64,000 nt of DNA from the human T2T-CHM13v2.0 reference genome, Homo sapiens: NCBI RefSeq assembly GCF_009914755.1, contig NC_060934.1; one strand, 5' to 3'. This document shows, one piece after another, positions 42,313 to 55,855 of this stretch (within the stretch, counting starts at the first letter, position 1; the number at the start of each line of letters is the position of its first letter). The translations under genes and the position numbers were made by a program. The notes beneath the pieces are model-generated. The model saw nothing but the letters and a program-made list of their open reading frames with translations, did not search any database and was not told the origin of the DNA.

Positions 42313-43554
42313 TTAAGTCAGTTTAATGTTTGAGCATGAAATGATTTTTCATATCTGAGAAGTTGGTGTTTTTGGACTTGGGTTCAGGCTACTTTATCAG
42401 GAGATACTTTTATTTACTTCCTAAATTTAGTTCAGACTCAAGATGGAGCATTGCATTTGGGGTATGTCCATTTCATTAAGAAAAAGGTAGTGAAAGAACT
42501 ACCTGTTTTCCCATTAGGGCACAGTCCCTTCCCATTAGGTCCCCTCAATCCAGAAGAGGCCATGAGGGGAGGTGACTGAGAAAGGATGTTTATTTCTGCA
42601 GCTTGCATGCATGGAGAACCTGGAAGAATTTATAAATCCATCATTTCAAGTCATTAGGCGATATGTTGGTCAGTCCAGGAGACTCTGTTCTCATTAATTC
42701 AGGGGAGATTTACTTGTGTCACCCTCATTAGTATTTATGGGATTTATCCACATCAATCGGTAGTGCATTAACAGGGAAATAACTAAACCTCCTAGGGTTT
42801 GTTGGCGCTAATAAAATGAGCTGGAAGTTCCAGAAATCACCATGATCAGAAGTATTCTAAATCAGGGCTGTAATTGATCCTTTCAAAGTACCCTCAGGAT
42901 GTTTTTCTGTTCGCTTCACTTCCAATGGCATTTGCATATTAGCATGGTGTCTACAGCCTTAGAGGGCAGTCCATTTCTTACCATGAAACGATGTGGGAGA
43001 ACCCAATGGAGTGTTGAAAATTCATCGTCACACCAGGGCATCTATGTAAACAAAGGGTTAATTTTCTTATAATTCTTTTTGTTTGGTCCTGGCTTATAAA
43101 AAAAAAAGCCCTGCATGTAAATATATCTTTTATGTATTCTGAACATAAAGATAGCTCTGTCCTACCATATTGATTTATTAGATTCTCTGACATTTTAGTT
43201 GTGGTCGTTATGTTATATTTATGAGATGAATGTTGGATTCCCTCATTATGTTATCCTCATTTATTTTACATACTTTTATGGCTGGTTGTGCATCGCTTTA
43301 CAGTTAAAGCTTTATTGCAGCTGTTAGCGTTGGGGGGAGGGGAAGGCAAGTAGTTATTGATCGGAATTTACATGTTTACTGTTGTAATCATGATTTATTT
43401 AATCTGTCTGCACATATAAGCCCACTCTCTGAAATCAAAAATATATACTGTATCTATATTTTAGATGGTGGAGCATTCATTGGCACCCTCATGCCCTTTG
43501 GAGTAGAGAATTTGGGGATGATCTGGTGTTCTGTGGATGAGCACTTTTCTTACA

Positions 43555-43805
43555 GCTTGGTGGTAAATGGTGCAGACTTTGGAGCCACACTACCTGGACT
43601 CAGGTCCTAGCTGTACTGCCTACCGGCTGTGTGGCCTAGGTCAAGGTATTTACCGCTCTGTGCTTCAGTTTCCTCACCTGTAAAATGGGGATGATATTTA
43701 TACAACCTCATAAAGTTGTTGTGAGAAGACAACCTTGGTAAAATGAACAACATTGGTAAATGCTTAGAATGCTGGACACTGGAAATTATGAAATGCTAGT
43801 TATTA
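43555..43805 (+). mobile_element. MIR SINE
   Basis: cagactttggagccacac...ctctgtgcttcagtttcctcacctgtaaaatggggatg...gttgttgtgag. Confidence 0.85.
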
Positions 43806-44398
43806 CAACTCCAATGAGTAGGTGGCGAGCTAGGTAGAGAGGGAAGGCTCAGCTACTTTCAGATGGGAAACTTGACTTTAGTTTTAATTCAGCAGAGCAA
43901 GGACACTTAGAATGTGCTTGGGTATCCTCTAGACAAGAAAAGACTTCATTGAGAGCTGAAGAATAGTCCCGAAAATTGATTTTTCCCATATATTATTTTT
44001 TAATGTTTTTAAATTTTGGGCCTGCCATTAGCTAGCTTCTAAGGATTTGAAGCTTTGCCTCAGTCTTCTCATCTATCATGTGGGTTTAATGTTACTTCTC
44101 TGCAGCATGAGATAGTAGTGATGTGAACAGTGAACTAGAAGTCAATAGACAACTTACAGCCTCAGGCCTGCTACTGCATAACCTTACTACCTTGGCAGAA
44201 GACTTAACTTTTAACGGGGCAAGGTCTCTGTCTACTCTTTAAGGTTATCTTGAGAACCGGATGAGATAATATTTGCAGTGTTATTTTGAATACTCTAAAA
44301 CTCTATAGTAAATGTTAGGGAACTTCTAATAATACCACCTAACAAAGTTATTGCAAAGACGAGATGATATAATAGATATGAAAAGACTGAAGGAAGCA

Positions 44399-44445
44399 GG
44401 ATGTGCTCTATGAACCTATGGGATGTGCTCTATGAACCTATGGGA
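44399..44445. repeat. 22-bp perfect tandem duplication
   Basis: ggatgtgctctatgaacctatg twice, at 44399 and 44421. Confidence 0.95.
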
Positions 44446-45237
44446 CATGATGCAGGTTCAGCCCTTTAACCTCCTGTTCCCCTGAGTGTGAGTCCTAACC
44501 CTTCCCAAGACACAGAGGCCTAGGGGAACCTCAGGCTCCCTGGATTCTTATTTCCAAGGAGTTTTACCCTTTCATTCAACCCATGTGGCATTAATATGGT
44601 TTATAATATACTATTTGACCACATCCTTAGGAAAAAAATAAGGCCTTCCCTTGTAATTTCCTTATTGTTTGTTTATTGGGTGCAAGACTGTGTTTTATCT
44701 CCATCATTTAATGGAAGCTACACTTTCTGCTCTAATGTTAGTAACTCAACATTTGCTTTTTACAATTTACAATTTGGCAGTGATTCTTTGAAATAATTTA
44801 CTTTTATCATCTTGCTTCAGATTTTCAAAGAATAATCCATCTAGCAAAACAGTTTTATCCTTTCTATATATTCATTTTTGTTTTGAGGCTCTTTAGCAGA
44901 ATTAATGATTTTTAATCAAATTTCTAGGCCACTCATCATAATTAGGTTTAGAATTATGAATTATGTACAGCTTGCCATTATATCATACCTCCTTGTGGTA
45001 GGTGAGTGAATTAGAGATCATCACAGGATTTCCAGAGCCTTTCAGAATGATTTATGACATAAAAAAATCTTCAATTTTTTCTTCCTTGTTTAAAATGTCT
45101 CTAGAAAAATCTGTTTTTTTTCTGCCTCTTTCTTTTACCCTCTACCTGAAAGTACTGTTGCTTGTCAGTTTTCCCTCCAAATCATTTGGCCTCTGAAAAA
45201 TTTTGCATAGCTAAGTTTTAAATGAATTAATCAAAAT

Positions 45238-45520
45238 TGAATCTCAAAAACATGCTGGGTGAAATAAGTCATACACAAGAGTATTTACTGTATGATTCCA
45301 TTTACATGACACTCTAGAACTAATCTGGGGTGATAGAAAGCAGAATAATAGTTTGTTCTGAAGAGAGCCACAGGATAACTTTGTGGGACAGTGGCAAGTT
45401 AGAAATGTTCTAGATCTGAATGGAGGTAGTTCTATGGGTATATGCACTTGTCAAAACTGATCACGTTGTATACTTAAGATCTGTGCATTTCATTATGCAA
45501 GTATATCTCAATAAAAAATA
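45238..45520 (+). mobile_element. Ancient L1 (L1MC/L1ME-like) 3' end
   Basis: gaatctcaaaaacatgctgggtgaaataagtc...tactgtatgattccatttacatga...cacttgtcaaaactg...tatatctcaataaaa. Confidence 0.75.
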
Positions 45521-47254
45521 TGAAAAAATTAATCATGACTCACTGGTTCTTTACATATATTATTTTAGACACACTTCTATGGTGATTAAAATCTATGGAA
45601 TTCTTGAGGTGATATGATGTGTTTTCCTTGTATATTTTTAGCCAGAATTTAAAGAAAAGGATGTTATCTTACCATACCAGTTCTTCTGAATCACTGGAGG
45701 TTTAGAAAAAATTTGTTTGTCAGCTCTGTTGTCCAATGATATTCAAGTGAGTACCTGCCATCTGGGTTAGCTTTTATAGGAAGCCATTACTCATTCTAAA
45801 AATGTTCCCTTCTCCTGCCATTTGACTTATATGGAGGAATAATTTCTTGGCTAATTTTTTTTTTGCTTTATACTTCTGAAATACAAATTCACTTTTTCTA
45901 ATGAATCATTATCATGTACTACCATCAAAGGTTATTCACTGAAAGCTGAAGAAAAAAGCAATGAAAACTAATTTTGATTGTTAATGGAAATGTATTTTTA
46001 GTCCTAAAGAGCTTCCCTCAGCAATAATTATAGTTATGCCTCTTGGGTGTTTTTGGACTTTTAAATTTACGTCTAGTAGCTCTTTTTCATTTAGTAGTTA
46101 ATCTTTTAACAGAGCTCTGCAAATTTGTTCTTTAGTCTGGCGTTAGAAAAGGATTGACAGAGATTTTATTTCTTCTCTTCTATTCAATTTTTTCCCCTCC
46201 TCATCGTGCTGGCAGCCCAGGCTACTCCCCTTATTGGGCAACCCTGGACCCTGTGACTAGTCATATGGGCAGTGAGGGATCAGGATGGAAAGGCTAGAGA
46301 GGGAGATTTTGCTTTTCTGCAGCCAGTGGCCACCCATGGCTCTGTGAGCCACCTCTGCTCCACACAGCACAGAATTGTGGCACAGCAAGTGGGCTCATCA
46401 AAGGTGTTTGTGGGAGATGGGCAACACTCAGCTTTGTGGCCTACAACTCTGGAATACACACTCAGCCTGTAAGGGGACTGGCTGGCTGCTGCCTTTCCCT
46501 GGATTCAGACATCCAAGTACCTGTAGGCATGTGGGGAGCTTGCAAACAACAAGATGTAAAGCTTTGGTAGCAATGAAGATTGCTTGTTGGTTTTGCTGCT
46601 TCTTTGCTGATTTCAGAGAGAGGCATGGGCAGCTGAGAGGGCATGAGAAGCGAAGGGGTTCTGGCAGGAAGTTTGCTCAGGTTTTGCCCTCTTATTAAGA
46701 AACAGAGTACGTCAATTAACCTGGCCAACCTGATTAGAGAAAGTGCAAGCCACTGCTGAGGATCTTGTTTCTGGTGAAAATTGACCTCACCCAGGAACGG
46801 CCAGACATTTGGGTATTTGCAAAGCAGTGCTGAACATTAAGGAACAGTTAAAATTAATCCTGTGTACTGCAGCTCCTGAGAAAGCCAGCCCACATGTCAA
46901 TAAATCTAGATCTGTTTGAAGCTAACGTCACTAAATCTTCGTCTTGACTGTTTGCTGGTCGTGTCAAGAGCTGCCTGGGAAGATGAATTTGAGGGGAGGA
47001 TGAAAAAGGAACTGTATTAAACTGCAGCTCTGATAAGTTTAGTTAAGAGGCAGGAGATGTGTCCTTGCCATGACATTCAGTGGCTGATATTTGTTTCCCT
47101 TTAAATAATATGCTGTACATCTGTGAGAATGATGGTTTGGGGCTGGTGACATTGCATCTCCACCAAGGTTACTGCCGTCTGGACAGGCAGTCTCTCTCCT
47201 TTCTTTCTCTATCCTGCACCCTGTCAATAAATATCCTCTTGTCTGAGCAAGTGA

Positions 47255-47557
<303 letters not shown>

Positions 47558-47887
47558 ATGATACAGATTTTACAGCTAACACCAGAGCGTCTTCATTTCT
47601 AGAAGCAATGAGGTTCAACCCATGTAGACACAGTAGGGAAGGGTGAGGGGTTAGAGAGAAATTAAAGTGACTGGAGGAAGCTGTTTTGGTTGTGAAACTG
47701 TCAAAGGAACCCCAAAGCACCCAGTGGGAAGGTACTGACACTTTAAGAATTTATCCCTAAAAACCCCATTTTTACAAGCAAGATATATGAAATCTGGGGA
47801 CTCAGGATTTAGGGTTCTGTTTTCTCCTGTGATTCCCCTTTCTAGGTGCTTTGGTCCTTGCTGTGATTTGCAGACCTATGATCTTTG

Positions 47888-48204
47888 GAAGCAGTCAGCA
47901 AACTTTCTCTGTAAAGGGCCAAATAGTAGCTATTTTTGGCTTTGGGTCCATATAGTCTCTGTTGCAACTATTCAAGTCTGCTGTAGTGTAAATGCAGTCA
48001 CAGTCCATTGTAAATGAATGGGCATGTCTGTGTTATGGACACCAAAATTTGAATTTCATATAATTCCCCAGGTCACAAAATATTATTCCTCTTTTGATTT
48101 TTTTTAACCATTTAAAAATATAAAAACTATCCTTAGCTTGCAGGCTGTACAAATTAGATGGTGGGCTAGATTGGGCCCATGAGCTTTAGTTTGCTTACCT
48201 CTGG
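47888..48204. mobile_element. MER58B-like hAT-Charlie
   Basis: gtcagcaaactttctctgtaaagggccaaatag...tagtttgcttacctctg. Confidence 0.8.
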
Positions 48205-48344
48205 TCTATGATTTGCTCTGTCTTGTTATTTTCCTTTTGTCATTGTGAGGTGTTGGCTGTCGTCTTGGTAGGAGGATGAGGACACCCTAAAGATTAAGTT
48301 CATGGCCTATTCAACAAGGAGACAGAGTGGATGGGAATGAAGAC

Positions 48345-48560
48345 AATGCTGGGCTCTGAGGCAGACAGTCCAGGTTCCCACACCAATCCCCCATTAACAC
48401 TTCCTAGCTGTGTAACCTCAGGTTGGTCACTTAACCTCTCTGAGCTCCTGTTTCCTTTTTCTTTTTATGAAATGGGGGTAATTATATTTTCACTGTCTGT
48501 ATTACATGACTATACTATAGCCCAAGTAGTCAAGAGATAGGAGAATGCCTAGTAAACGTT
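48345..48560 (+). mobile_element. MIR SINE
   Basis: ggctctgaggcagacagtccaggttc...cacttcctagctgtgtaacctc...gtcacttaacctctctgagc. Confidence 0.8.
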
Positions 48561-49249
48561 GTCATTATATGAATGTAAGGCTTTGGGATTATTTGCACTG
48601 CTTCACCAATGCAGACTCTTATTAACTCTGATTGTTACTAGTATTAAAGCATTATGTCTTTTGTATTTCAGCTACAAAAACAGAATCAGAATTTGAATGG
48701 TGTAAAGAAAAGATACTCTTGTTTTTTCACTTTCTTAGACTCTGATGTTGGCTGGGCATTCCTGAGCCTCTCCCGCTTGTTTAGCGATTTCTCCCAGTGT
48801 GTCCAGATGCTTGGTGTAACTGAAGGGATCACATGCAGTTTGTGCTGTCCCACTGCTCAGAAAGCCCCGCCCTCCTCTCTCTCTCCATCCTGGCTCACCT
48901 TCAAGGCCTGGCTGAAGTGCCGTCTCACCCAGGATTTCTCCACCAGGGTCCTTAACACATGCAGCTCCGTCCTGTGTGAATGGCTTGACCCCACCCCTGG
49001 CACACACCTTATAGAAAGGACATCCTGTCCTCCCAAAGATGTACAGGTTTTAAGAAAAAGGGTAAAGGCAAATAATGGAGGTCACAGGTAAGGCAAGCAG
49101 GATGTCTTCTGGCCAAGTTGAGTGCCCCTGAAATCACTGAATGTTGCCCAATGGGAGAAGGATTCAGATATGAAGGGATGGGGGTCTAGAGAACTTGTTT
49201 TCTGTGACAGTGTTCCATCTATGTCATCTGTTACACTTCTAGAACATTT

Positions 49250-49420
49250 TCACATCCACTAGCTCTTTGATCCTATAACAAGTCTTTGAGGCACAGGGAA
49301 CATTTTAATCCCCATTTGACCCTGAGGAACAGAGGCCCAGAGAAGCTAATTTACCTGTCTTTGCATCATACAGATGGTTAATAATGAAGTTGAGACTGGA
49401 GCCTAGTTCTGGTTACCATG
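49250..49420 (-). mobile_element. MIR SINE
   Basis: ttttaatccccatttg...gaggaacagaggcccagagaagctaatt. Confidence 0.65.
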
Positions 49421-50157
49421 CTGCACCCCATGGCCAACCCCAGCCTGATACAGGCCCATATTGCTGCCATATGTGATATTCCGTCTTGAGGGTGAGGGCA
49501 CATTTCTATATGGATATATCAAACTAGCTGTCTTTGAGTATGTTAGCTCGTCTTATCTTTCCATCCCAGAATGCATTTGTGGAGCAGGTTTTTGAGCAAG
49601 AGAGCCTGTTATCACGTATTTTCAGCTTCTTCTATTCCGGTCATACCTGCATTATGTAAATATGTATACACAGAGTGTTTGCTTATTTATTCGGTCTGTG
49701 GTGGGAAAACCAAGTGCATTACTGATTCCTGGGCTGTGCTTTTCAGCCTAAACACTTTCTGCAGCTCCTCATTGCTCACTTAATGAAGTGTGAACTCTTC
49801 AGGTTGGCTTTTAGGTTCTCCGTAATCTGGTTCCTGCCTGTCTTCCCCATCTCCCCTTCCATCTCAGGGGAAGCCATCTGCCTCTTCTTGATCCAGGCTC
49901 GCTTTTCTGTCCTGTCTCCTCTGTCATCTAGAACTTTGATCCACCACTCCTCTTTTTCATGTGTCTTCAACTCTCCCTCTCCAAAGATAATTTCCTGTGA
50001 ATCTGTCATACTCTATGTGCTTTCTCTACTCTTAAACACATCCTTGATCCTAACTGTCCCTTACACTATTGTCCTCTCCCCTCTTGCTGCTTCGTTTATA
50101 TGAACCAGCCTTTCTCACCTGGGGCTGTGGGTGATAACTAAGCTCTGATGTCCTAAG

Positions 50158-50420
50158 GAAGGGACAAACTGTCACCTGAAAGCCACATGTGGCCACCATC
50201 TTTTTTTGTAGGGCTTGTGGGCTAAGAATGGTTTATATATTTTTTGAAGGTTGAAAAAAAATAATTCTTGACATATGAAAAATAGATAAAATTCATATTT
50301 CAGTGTCCACAAATAAAGTTTTATTGGAACACAGCTGGGCCCATTCATTTTGGTATTGCCTGTGACTGCTTTGGCACTACAGAAGCAAAGTGTAGTAGTT
50401 GCTGCAGAGACCAGATGGCT
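50158..50420. mobile_element. MER58B-like hAT-Charlie (opposite orientation to 47888-48204)
   Basis: gctaagaatggtttat...aaattcatatttcagtgtccacaaataaagttttattggaacacagc...gtagttgctgcagagacc. Confidence 0.78.
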
Positions 50421-51265
50421 CTTTGTAGAAAAAGGCATTGATTGTGTATAATGAATTGATTTCTCTGCATTTAGAAACATATGTGTTATGTACGACATTT
50501 GGGAGAATTAAGAAGTGAGTCACAGGAATCACATTCTGTGATTCAGATGAGGAAACCCCATTGCAAAAGACTGACTCTCTCCCTTATTCCTTAGACCTTT
50601 GTTGTCCGGATTCTGGAACAAGCCCTTCTCTACTGGAATATGTCCTTTGGAGCTCTCCCATGACTTCTCAGTCACCGCATCTGGTGGGCGCTTCTAGGTC
50701 TTATCATTCCATCCTCTCTGCAGCACCTCCCACTGTTGACCAGCTTCTACTTCTGAAATTCTCTGTTCTGTCTGCTTAGACCTTGTGATCTCTCCTTGCT
50801 GTCTCATCCTTTGTCTACTCTCCCCATTCACTGTTTCTTTGTGTCTCATCTTTAGCAAACTCCCCCCTTTCTTGTAGAGTGCTTGTAGCAAAATTGTGAT
50901 ATTTATCCCTGTCTCCATGCCGATGATTTCCAGTTCACTGTCTCCCCAGCTCTGTCCCACTTTCCGGGGCATCATCTTCTCTTTGCTGCTCTTCTCGTGT
51001 TCACTTCTCTTTGGTCCCTCACACCCCTTTGTTCTCTGTTGTCATAAGATTTAGAATCTCAGTTATCTGTGATGTATCTCCTCAACTCCAAATAGTTTAT
51101 CAGTTGCTTAATCTGTGAGGATATTTTCAGCATCCATTCCCATCTCCCTAGTCCGACCACTCCTTCAGCTCTTTCTTATCTTTCTCTTTCCCAGGCTAGC
51201 CAATGACCATTTCCCCTAGCTGTTCCCCTTCTTCCCTGCTGTGCAGTCAGGCTGCCACCTGACTC

Positions 51266-51777
51266 TAGCAGACACTTTAGGGGCCCCCATTACATCTCCT
51301 TGGCTCACCTCTGGTTTCAGTGACAGCTCCCATGCAGAGTTTCGCATGGGCTTAGTTTCCTGCTGATGGTGTCTCACAAGTTACTGCAAGAGTCTGTCTT
51401 CTTTCTGCCCCAGGACCTTCCCAGGAGCCAAATGAGCCTGTGCATAAGTTCAGTGTAGCCTGCAAGTGCAATTGAGCCAGTGCCTCCATCAGGGGTAACC
51501 TGCAACTGATGGGGGACTAAAGCTGATGGATTGCTGCCCAGCCTCTTACCTTTCATGCAGGCAGCTCTGGGAGGCCTCCGTATGCTTCTTGGGCCTACTG
51601 GAGGAGGAGTCATGCCCATTGCCAAGAGCAGCAACCTTGATAATGCACCCTGATGTTGGATTTTCCTCCTCCCCTCCCTTTCCTGCTCTCTTGGGTCATC
51701 TCCCAAATAAGCTTCCTGCCCCCGTGTCCTCTCAGGCTCCACTTTCAGTAGCATTCAAACCAAGACACAGACCAGTC
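51266..51777 (+). mobile_element. LTR16-like ERVL solo LTR
   Basis: tagcagacact...ctttctgccccaggacc...gggtcatctcccaaataagcttcctgc...caaaccaagaca. Confidence 0.7.
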
Positions 51778-51779
51778 TT

Positions 51780-52075
51780 CTAAAAGCTTCTGCCCAGACA
51801 TCTTCAGTGGCTTCACAAGCTCCCCAATATCGGACTGATTGTGTTTTAAAATCCTAGGCTCCCTGGGTTTGTTTGATATCAGCTTATCTTACTAATTTTA
51901 TCTTCCCCTACTCACCTTTACCCTTCGTTTTCATCAAACCAGGTTCCTTAAGGGCAGAGATTGTGTCTTATTCATCTTTGTTTCTCCATTTGCTCAATAT
52001 CCAAGATCTGAGGAAACTGAAGGCAAATGTATATTTTTAGTGAGCAAATTAATGAATGAGTGAATTGAATGTATT
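51780..52075 (+). mobile_element. L2 fragment
   Basis: ttccttaagggcagagattgtgtcttattcatctttg...tgaatgagtgaat. Confidence 0.6.
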
Positions 52076-52375
52076 CATCTTCACATGTGCATCCATTGAG
52101 GCATTCCTCCTCCTCATTGCTTAGTAGTGATCTTCACCTCCACTAACTTGACAAAGCACCCCATCTCTACCACTGTACGGTACTTTTAAATTTCTACTTT
52201 ATGTTTTTTTACGTGTCTTAACTTCTAATATATAAATTCCTTGAGAGAAGCGATGTTGCTTTATTTTCTTTATATTTCCCCACAGATCTTATGGGTACAT
52301 GGTTCCTTAATAAATGTTGGTTGAAAGACTGAGAGAACATCTCATTATGTTTCCAGACATTCTGGGGCCTTCTGA

Positions 52376-52702
<327 letters not shown>

Positions 52703-52719
52703 GATTTGTTCTATTCTCT

Positions 52720-53105
52720 GTTCTCCAAACATGTTACATGTTTTCTCGTTCCCATGAATTGAAGCTATTTATTTCTCCTTTGCTTTTTATACATGCTTCT
52801 TACAGTATTTGCCTGTTTACCTATAAAAATTCTATTCTTCCTTCAAGTCCAAGCTTAAATGCCATCTTTTTCATAAAGCTTTTCCCAATCCACCCTGTTA
52901 AATCATCACCTCTTCTGCAACACACGCCTGTTATACATTTGTATTATTCTGCTTTATGTAGCATAATTTTATGTGGCTTGTCTTCTCTCCTTCTTAGAGA
53001 CAATAAGTGTATTCAGGGCAAGGCTGGTTATGTCCTCATTGAATCCAGTACCTTGCTCAATGCCCTGCAATCAATAAATATCTGTTGGAATGAATTAATT
53101 TGAAT
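52720..53105 (+). mobile_element. L2 3' end
   Basis: ttcttccttcaagtccaagcttaaatgccatc...caataaatatctgttggaatgaatt. Confidence 0.65.
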
Positions 53106-54639
53106 AGGTTAAATAATATAATCATGCTTTTGCATGCACATCACCTTAACTGGTGCCCCTGACCTATTTTTGGTGCATGTCCTTGAGTTTCATTTTGGTA
53201 ATGGAAGAAATATCAAGCAGAAGAAAAGATAAATACCCAGAGCTGGTCAACATGATCTACTGTGTTTGAACAGGAATATTGGAACATAACTTCTAAGAAT
53301 GCCATTTCAATTATTTGTAAAATATTTAAATAGTATAATCCAATTTACATTCTATCATTTCTAACAGCTGTAAAATTTACTTTACACCAAAGTTAGCTCA
53401 ATCACTTTAATTCAGTCTGGAAAAACAGTACAAATGAAAGCTTAATTTGTATTTAATCTCCTCTTTTGTTTCTACATTATTGCCTTCGAATCATTCCTTT
53501 TAGTGATTGAGATTTAAACCAGAGAGAGGAAAAAAGCTTGATGAAATATTTGAGAAGAATATAAGCCATAATGAAAAGTATGAAGTCAATGTTTTAAAAT
53601 TCCAACTGGCTTTGTTCTTTGGGGTTTCAATTCATGGCAATGTTTTTGTGGTAAACCTGAGGTATGAGATATGTGGGTTACTTTGTCAGAATCACAGGGC
53701 TATAACTCTCAGGTATTTAAAACTAGGTGATTCATTTGGAGCAGGTTACATTTATACTCTGTATATGAAGATTGGCAGGGAATACAAAAGTGCATAATTA
53801 TTATTTAGTGTGTTGATCATACTCGTATATTTCCAAATGGCTTTGTGATCATTTGGTTAGTTTTTCTCTCTAAGCTCTGGCAGTCTTCCAGCTAATGTCA
53901 TCAGCGGGGAACAGCAGCAAGGAGAGGTGGCAGAATTGTGACTACCTATGGCTTTCCTGTCACTGTATAGTATCAGGTCTGATGTGGGGTTGGGTGGAGG
54001 AAGATTCCAGGTAAGGGTAGAATGGCCAAATGATGTGCTACTTCTTAGGATGAAACAGCCTTCTCTTATTTCTCTGTTTTCCAGGTGGTGGCATTTATAG
54101 AAGTGTTCCAGAGGCCCACACCTGTCCTTACCTGAGCCCTTCTTCTTCATCCCTATACTTACCACATCCCACACTCACCCCCAGCAAACCTCTTTGAACT
54201 CAAGAGGTGGTAGATTGAAAGAGGCTTCAATGAAGGGTACATATGCCTTAGACTTAATTCTGATCAATAAATGTAAGTTAATTAAGTAAAAGTCGGGGGA
54301 AAGAAGGGGCTTCAAGCTCATTTATAGCCAAGAAGAGTTAGAGAAGACCATAGCATTTTACACTTTAGAAAGATGATTTCAGAAGAAGGGATATGATGTG
54401 ATGGGCCAAGAGTCTAAAATGAAAAATAGCTAAAGAGGAATTTTCAACAGTGCCATCACATTCTCAGAAAAGAAGAAAAGGGCCAGGCATCTAGACACCT
54501 GTGTAACTACATGGGATAACATTTTAAAATGGGGCAGAATTGTTACAGAAATACTGAGTTACACTTAATAAGCGCATTTCTCTTTGTTATATCAGCTATT
54601 CTTTATAGCAGCTCTGTGATTTTGGTCCAACATGGAGTA

Positions 54640-54745
54640 GTGACCCTACTTCGTGAATGAGGAAACTGAGGCCCAAGAATTTTAGGGACTTGCCTAAAGT
54701 CACAGTGCTAATAAAAGGCAGAATTAAGTTTCAAGAGACCTAGGT
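54640..54745 (-). mobile_element. MIR SINE fragment
   Basis: atgaggaaactgaggcccaaga...gacttgcctaaagtcacag. Confidence 0.75.
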
Positions 54746-55517
54746 ATTATGGCTCCATAGTGTAGTGATGTTTCTACAATACTATGCTGTAAACTGTTGG
54801 CAACATTTTTAACAGGGCTGTCAGAAGATCAAAGCCACCCAGTGAGCTGAGGTTTATAAAATATATACATCTCCCAAATATATAATAGTATATACTAATG
54901 ACAGAGGATAAGTCACAGAAGATGAGGTCCTCTGCTCCACTCACTGGAATGAATGGAAAGAAGCACAACAACTTAAGTTACATTTTGGCTTCCACCTTTT
55001 CTATCAATTCAGTTCAGTGAGCCTAAGGCCATCCAAGTGCCACATCTGTGTGTGCACATGCAGATAGGCAGGGAATATAATCATGAGCAATTATTCAGTC
55101 TCAGGGCCACATCGTCCTAGAAGCTCTTGCATGCCAATATCAATCACTTAGCCATCCACCAGCCCCTGGATAATGGTAACATGCACAGGGTAGCTGCCAG
55201 TATTCCCTTTACCATGGCCAGCAGCTTGTGTGTTCTAGAGAGAGATAGAAGAGTGGTGGTTACCCTAGCCAGGCAGTTAAGCATAATGCAGTGACAGGAG
55301 TTACTACCTCATCTCTGAACTGCTTCCTGCTAATTTTGGTGAGACTTTTCAAGGTATAGACTATACAGAAGTGAGACTGTTCCCTCTGGGAGCTGCTGGT
55401 TTAGTGAAGAAGACAGAAAACACATCAGCGGTAGAATCAGTGACTGAGGAGTTTGGAGAAGGATGAGAGGCTTCTTCCTTATGGGGAAAGATGACAAGGC
55501 CATTTGGCCATTTCTTT

Positions 55518-55842
<325 letters not shown>

Positions 55843-55855
55843 TAAAGAAAGAGAA

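Noticed and set aside
48654-49091. 145-aa ORF bounded by an acceptor (48671) and a CAG|gtaagg donor (49089)
   Set aside because: It would be a 418-nt internal exon containing L2-like sequence, with no recognisable protein similarity.
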